Part shown: in pieces, positions 44,089 to 48,392 of the stretch
Layout of the letters: each line of letters begins with the position of its first letter
Numbering within the stretch: the stretch's first letter is position 1
Virus record (IMG/VR): IMGVR_UViG_3300005253_000348
Span: 1-48,392 of that record
Direction: 5' to 3' (one strand)
From: a virus
Lineage: Duplodnaviria > Caudoviricetes
DNA length: 48,392 nucleotides
Program-made: the position numbers and the translations under genes
Notes under the pieces: model-generated
Databases searched by the model: none
Seen by the model: the letters and a program-made list of their open reading frames with translations, nothing else
Told to the model about the DNA's origin: nothing

Positions 44089-44679
44089 TCAGGGATTAGC
44101 CTTAAAAAATGCTTGTGCAAAACCTGCCGGCGTTATTGCTCGTACTGCAGCCCGACTCACTCCATTGCTACCTTGTATGGCTTTAATTTTATTCCAATCG
44201 CGAAGCAGAGCTGGCGGTTGTTTATAAATCCTTTTTGGCCTCTCGAAATATCCCCATAGGTCTGTCGGCTTATCCATTCCGTCTCCAAACTGCCAATATC
44301 TCACCGACATCGGGGGATTGCCGAGAAATTGTCGCAAAAACCCCTTGGGGTTCTCCAAGCACCAAAAAGCCAACTTATCCCTAAATCTACATTGCCATAT
44401 TATTTTTAGACACGCATCCACTGTTTTTATTGCAGATTCAAAATCCCGTGGCAAACTGCCTTTTGCCAAGCTAAACTCAGTACACGGCGGAGCTGCAAGT
44501 ACCCCATACACATCTGCCGGCGGCTGATAGGTTCTCACGTCTTGCTCAGGCAACGTAATCACTCGCACATCGTACCCTGCACCCGCGTAGGGCTTACTCC
44601 AAGCCCCTGTGCCGCCGCATAAATCAAGTATTATCTTGTCTGTCATATCGTTTCCCTTATCCTCAAATCTTCGGGCCAT
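44089..44679 (-). CDS. compact C5-cytosine methyltransferase-like protein
   Basis: ILDLCGGTG (motif I-like), AAPPCTEFS (motif IV), LENP (motif VI); likely start MTDK. Confidence 0.75.
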   Translation of the reverse strand: MARRFEDKGNDMTDKIILDLCGGTGAWSKPYAGAGYDVRVITLPEQDVRTYQPPADVYGVLAAPPCTEFSLAKGSLPRDFESAIKTVDACLKIIWQCRFRDKLAFWCLENPKGFLRQFLGNPPMSVRYWQFGDGMDKPTDLWGYFERPKRIYKQPPALLRDWNKIKAIQGSNGVSRAAVRAITPAGFAQAFFKANP

Positions 44680-44691
44680 TCGGACATATCC

Positions 44692-44943
44692 TTAGCCCTC
44701 CAGGGCTCGAGCTGTTTCCATTTTGGCTATAAGTTTTTTCGCCTTTGTCTCTGTAATTGGTTCGCAGCCGCCGAAATGTTGTATACCCCATCGTTGGTCC
44801 TTGTGGTTGGGTGGCAATAAGTATTTGTTGCCTCGCCGTGTTGTGCATCTTGACTGCAAAGTATGAAATCTTTTTGCCAAATCAACGGAGCAATCGCCGC
44901 AATTATTATCACACATTATAATTTGCCGCCTTTCACATCTCAT
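44692..44943 (-). CDS. hypothetical Cys-containing protein
   Basis: 83 aa with SD. Confidence 0.45.
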   Translation of the reverse strand: MRCERRQIIMCDNNCGDCSVDLAKRFHTLQSRCTTRRGNKYLLPPNHKDQRWGIQHFGGCEPITETKAKKLIAKMETARALEG

Positions 44944-44946
44944 TCC

Positions 44947-45159
44947 TTACTTGGAGTTCAGCAATGCTCGTTCAATCATTCTTTCTAACTCACCAATCAA
45001 ATCATCTTCACTATTAAAGGCTAACTTTTTGCGCCAACCTATAATTGCCGATTGCATATCAATTACTTCATTTAGTAAGATAGTGCCTTTGTCGTTCATG
45101 GGGCCTCCGGTAGAGCTTGCTTGATAAAATGTTCTGAATCTTCCATGCAAATTAACCAT
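44947..45159 (-). CDS. hypothetical protein
   Basis: Likely start MNDKG at 45099 (ATGA overlap). Confidence 0.45.
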   Translation of the reverse strand: MVNLHGRFRTFYQASSTGGPMNDKGTILLNEVIDMQSAIIGWRKKLAFNSEDDLIGELERMIERALLNSK

Positions 45160-45308
45160 TGCATACCATCAGGCAAGGGGTGCCTTTGATTTATCTCTGC
45201 CATCCATTCTTTTAGGCTCGGCATTTCTTCGGTATCAATCTGGGCCACAAAATTGGTCCGGTCACTTTTTGCATAAGATTTTGGTTGATGATGTGCTTGT
45301 ATTAACAT
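45096..45308 (-). CDS. hypothetical protein
   Basis: 70 aa; coupled to neighbours. Confidence 0.5.
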   Translation of the reverse strand: MLIQAHHQPKSYAKSDRTNFVAQIDTEEMPSLKEWMAEINQRHPLPDGMQWLICMEDSEHFIKQALPEAP

Positions 45309-45628
45309 TACTCAAGTTCCTTCCAGTCGATAACATTTTCTTCGATTTGTTTCATGCTCATGGTCGATTGGCCATACTCATTAAACCACTCATGAGGCTC
45401 ACCCATTTGCCTAATCCTAACTATATGGGGCTCTCCGTCAATTGTTATACGAACACGGACTAATGTTTGTTTTTCCGGCAACCTCTCCCCTACAGGTATC
45501 CAGCGATGGGCGGCGAGTTGGGTGCGGAGCTTATCTACCTCCTGTTGAATAATACAATCATCGGAACAATCATAAGTTTCGAGCTGTTTATTGACTCGTA
45601 TGTAATTATATGGACATTTCTTATTCAT
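45308..45628 (-). CDS. DUF551-like (WIPV.ERLP) protein
   Basis: HRWIPVGERLPE...VIDWKEL. Confidence 0.6.
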   Translation of the reverse strand: MNKKCPYNYIRVNKQLETYDCSDDCIIQQEVDKLRTQLAAHRWIPVGERLPEKQTLVRVRITIDGEPHIVRIRQMGEPHEWFNEYGQSTMSMKQIEENVIDWKELE

Positions 45629-46399
45629 TTGGATTCTCCTTTCAGGGCTTGCTCGATGTTACAAATCACACAACTCTTGCCAGTACAATCGTGAATACCA
45701 TCATCTTCCCCCCAATAGTTTCTACAGTATTGCACTGCTTTTTTCAGCCTTTCAATCTCCCCCTCAGCCTCGGCGAGTTGCTCGCACAATTCTTTTATTC
45801 TTTCAACCTGCCGTTTGCCGATTACAGCATATCCGCTTAATCTGCTTTCAGGACTTAAACCATTCACGCTCATTTTCTCGATGCGGGTGCGGAGGGTGTT
45901 GTGTTCAGCAAATATCCTCATAACTCGGTGATGTAAGTCTCGGTGGGGTAATTTGTTTGCGCCAATTTTTTTCAATATTTCTTCGTCAATGAGCATCTCA
46001 ATGTGCGTTTCAATAAGCTCAATTTCATGTTTTTCATTGCTCATCGTTATTCTCCTGTAGGTAGAGTTATTGGTTTCCAGTATTCATATTCCGAGCCTTC
46101 ATCAAACCAAATTTGAGCGGCTGTTGCAATCTCAGGGATTTTAGCTTCGTATTTGAGGGCGTGATACTTTTCTGTCAATTCGCAGTCTTGTGGTGGATGT
46201 GGCTGCATAAAGTTTTCGGGCATTTTGCTTACAGGTATCCAGCGATGGGCGGCGAGTTTTGTCATCATCTTGTTCCAACAAGGAACACAAAATGCCGTTA
46301 CGCCTGTATCTGGGTCATTGAAATTGTTTTCACATTCTTCGCAGGTCAACTCGTCTTTGAGTTCTTCTTCGGCCTTGGCGAGTTGGGTGCGGAGGGTGT
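45491..46399. repeat. dispersed 15-29 bp coding repeats shared by three adjacent genes
   Basis: 45491-45519 = 46230-46258; 45512-45529 = 46377-46394; 45885-45899 = 46385-46399. Confidence 0.8.
45625..46044 (-). CDS. hypothetical coiled-coil protein
   Basis: 139 aa; EQLAEAEGEIERLK; C-terminal CVIC. Confidence 0.55.
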   Translation of the reverse strand: MSNEKHEIELIETHIEMLIDEEILKKIGANKLPHRDLHHRVMRIFAEHNTLRTRIEKMSVNGLSPESRLSGYAVIGKRQVERIKELCEQLAEAEGEIERLKKAVQYCRNYWGEDDGIHDCTGKSCVICNIEQALKGESK

Positions 46400-46892
46400 C
46401 GATGATGGATTTGACTGTTTCAAATTCTTCGTTGCCGCAATCGTGGCAGCATATCCCGCCTTCAGAGCCTAATGTGCCGTAATCATCGGGGTAGCGACCG
46501 CAATCGCGTGTAATCCGCCCACATTTACACAGATAGAGGTTTTTGGTAGTCAAGGCATCTTCGCACTCCCCCGCTGGCTCGCCAACAGCTAAATCACGCA
46601 CAGGCCCAGGCCGGGCTGGGCAAATACATATCTGTTTGCGACATACAAGGCAATAAGTCTTTGGCTCAGGCTTGTTTTCAGGAAATACTTCTGAATCAAG
46701 TATACAGCCAAACGTGCATTTGCCAAAATATTGCCCATGAATACATTGGGTTAAGTCGCTATTCGCTGGCCCAGGCTTGGCTGGGGGGCATTGGGGTTGG
46801 TCTTTATAATCCAAGCCACTGACCTGATTACATCTCCAGCATTGACCTGCCGTATCTAATGGAACATTGTAATGCTTGCTACAATACATCAC
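46047..46892 (-). CDS. modular multi-zinc-finger protein with C-terminal DUF551-like domain
   Basis: Several CxxC modules; HRWIPVSKMPE...YWKPI. Confidence 0.6.
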   Translation of the reverse strand: MMYCSKHYNVPLDTAGQCWRCNQVSGLDYKDQPQCPPAKPGPANSDLTQCIHGQYFGKCTFGCILDSEVFPENKPEPKTYCLVCRKQICICPARPGPVRDLAVGEPAGECEDALTTKNLYLCKCGRITRDCGRYPDDYGTLGSEGGICCHDCGNEEFETVKSIIDTLRTQLAKAEEELKDELTCEECENNFNDPDTGVTAFCVPCWNKMMTKLAAHRWIPVSKMPENFMQPHPPQDCELTEKYHALKYEAKIPEIATAAQIWFDEGSEYEYWKPITLPTGE

Positions 46893-47263
46893 GCCACCTC
46901 CTCTATAGCCTTGTCACAGAAGGGGCAGGCTTTCCAATGTTTCTTAGACATATCGTACAGCCATTTTGATAATTTCCATGCCTCTCCGCAACCCGAAGCA
47001 AAGCAGTATTGTCCGTCTTTTATATACCACGTCCACACACACTTCTCATCCAATTTGGCGATGGCTTGGTCAAGTAAAGTAACAGGGCATGTATCTGCAT
47101 GGTCCAGTGCCCAATGTTCTGCGTCTTCGGCATTAACTTCGTCATAACCTTTTTTGCCGCCGCAGACAGGATAGTCTTTTTCGTGACACAATGGGCACGA
47201 ACCTTCTGATGCTTGATATATATTTTCAGCTATTTTTTCCAGCAGTTCCCTAACTTCGTTCAT
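46889..47263 (-). CDS. Cys-rich hypothetical protein
   Basis: CPLC, H..TCP, CPFCDKAI. Confidence 0.55.
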   Translation of the reverse strand: MNEVRELLEKIAENIYQASEGSCPLCHEKDYPVCGGKKGYDEVNAEDAEHWALDHADTCPVTLLDQAIAKLDEKCVWTWYIKDGQYCFASGCGEAWKLSKWLYDMSKKHWKACPFCDKAIEEVA

Positions 47264-47272
47264 CTTCGGCTC

Positions 47273-47494
47273 CTAAGTCATTTCTATTATTGACCTTTTA
47301 TACATTTTTTCCAATGCGTCGGCGTGCCTATTGAGCCTTCTGGCCCTGGTACGATAAGCCTCGATTGCATTTGGGACAATATCACAAAATCCGTAAACAT
47401 TAACATGCTGGATAATATGATTCTGCAAGCTATGGTCATAAACGAAATCTTCGGGTGTATCCTTTATTATGGTCGGTTTTTTCTTCTTGCTCAT
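47273..47494 (-). CDS. hypothetical protein
   Basis: 73 aa; AAGGA SD. Confidence 0.5.
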   Translation of the reverse strand: MSKKKKPTIIKDTPEDFVYDHSLQNHIIQHVNVYGFCDIVPNAIEAYRTRARRLNRHADALEKMYKRSIIEMT

Positions 47495-47581
47495 TTCCTT
47501 ATCCCTTCAAAACTGTTCTAATCCACAACTCAACTGCCATATACAAGACAGCCAAGAGCATTGTGATGGCTTGTTTTTTAG

Positions 47582-47977
47582 TCATTCCGCCCCCCTCTTC
47601 GCTTCTATGGCGGCGAGGATGTAGTGGTGGGGCTGAGCGTAAATTATGCCCCAAAAACCTGTATTTGCTTGGTCTTGGTAAGGACTTAGTTTCATCATAG
47701 CCTTATGGTATTTCACTGTTCCCACTTTAGCCCTGCCTATTACCTCATCCCTCATCTTCATCGCCAGGTTCCAGTCAAGGGCTATGGGGTCTGGGACGGG
47801 GCAGGAGTGTTTGCGTATCCTTTTGTTGTCTCTCCATATTTCTATCCCGCCGCACTTTTGGCAGCCGAACCTATTATATTCTTGATGTTTCCATTTATGC
47901 TTCCACGGCCCCTTGTCGAGCAATTTCCTAATTTCCAAGTCCCTGTCCGGCGAGGCTAAGATGTGGTTAATGTCCAT
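47582..47977 (-). CDS. hypothetical protein
   Basis: 131 aa; CQKC...CPVPDPI..DWNLA. Confidence 0.55.
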   Translation of the reverse strand: MDINHILASPDRDLEIRKLLDKGPWKHKWKHQEYNRFGCQKCGGIEIWRDNKRIRKHSCPVPDPIALDWNLAMKMRDEVIGRAKVGTVKYHKAMMKLSPYQDQANTGFWGIIYAQPHHYILAAIEAKRGAE

Positions 47978-47981
47978 TCTC

Positions 47982-48176
47982 TTACTCCTTTATCGTTTCC
48001 ATTTTTGATAAACATTTCTTGCATGTAACGGAGGCATCATCTAAAGTCCATACGTCTTTTTTGAGGTTAAGCTTTCTTGGGGTTTTTGCACACAATGGAG
48101 ATACGCTGCCATCTGGGGCGATTAGGTTGGCTTTGTGGTATATTTTAATATCGCCGTATGGATCGTCTTTGCTCAT
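47982..48176 (-). CDS. small zinc-binding protein
   Basis: H...LC...VTCKKC. Confidence 0.55.
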   Translation of the reverse strand: MSKDDPYGDIKIYHKANLIAPDGSVSPLCAKTPRKLNLKKDVWTLDDASVTCKKCLSKMETIKE

Positions 48177-48223
48177 TATCGTTTCCTTACAATATCACAG
48201 GCTATACTAACTTTTTCTTCGAA

Positions 48224-48392
48224 TTATCGCTTCATCAATGAAATAATTTTCGCCGATGTTCTCATGGCTATATTCCATTTTAATTCTTTATTATAATCAT
48301 TGTGCAGCTTTTTTGCTGACTTGACAACAGTTAGGAAATAATTATATTGTTGCCAATAAACACAATCAGTTTGAATCGCCTGCAAGTAAAGT
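48224..48392 (-). CDS. MmcB-like nuclease, C-terminal part (joined to 356..1)
   Basis: In frame across the junction: ...NTE-LLYLQAI...LTVVKSAKKLHN...MKR*. Confidence 0.65.
   Translation of the reverse strand, partial: LYLQAIQTDCVYWQQYNYFLTVVKSAKKLHNDYNKELKWNIAMRTSAKIISLMKR

Noticed and set aside
45491-46399. CRISPR-like array
   Set aside because: The repeats are few, unequal, irregularly spaced and in frame within genes; there are no cas genes.
117-48210. Numerous plus-strand ORFs in the track (e.g. 3283-4002, 8753-9328, 34338-34826)
   Set aside because: They lie antisense to coherent, coupled minus-strand genes and show no motifs or convincing RBSs, so they are treated as shadow ORFs.
1-48392. 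Stop-codon reassignment
   Set aside because: Long structural genes are intact in the standard code, and TAA, TAG and TGA all end genes at coupled junctions.

Overview
This window appears to be a complete, circularly permuted ~48.4 kb tailed-phage genome of podovirus type (Bordetella BPP-1/T7-like head-tail architecture). A PD-(D/E)XK nuclease gene cut at position 1 continues in frame from position 48392. All credible genes are on the minus strand. Read in transcription order, the genome has: small early genes with two DNA methyltransferases; HNH/terS/terL; portal; scaffold; major capsid; tail tube A; adaptor; a 1.4 kaa tailspike-like protein; tail tube B with a LamG insertion; GNAT; three internal virion proteins (the largest with ART-like and LPD38-like domains); a lysis-like module with no recognisable endolysin; then recombination and accessory genes. 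The most striking feature is a seven-gene glycan synthesis and tailoring set interleaved with the head genes: cupin, DegT-type aminotransferase, GT11-methyltransferase fusion, GT17, B12 radical SAM, DUF268-like methyltransferase and a tandem GT2. The capsid carries Thr/Ser-rich loops, which suggests virion glycosylation. There is also a rich RNA layer: a tRNA-like element with a broken anticodon loop, a switch-like capsid leader, a pseudoknot before the glycan genes, a C4-like antisense element, two attenuator-like leaders and a stand-alone minigene sRNA. No polymerase, primase, helicase, initiator or integrase was recognised. All family calls come from motif recognition by eye, not from database searches.
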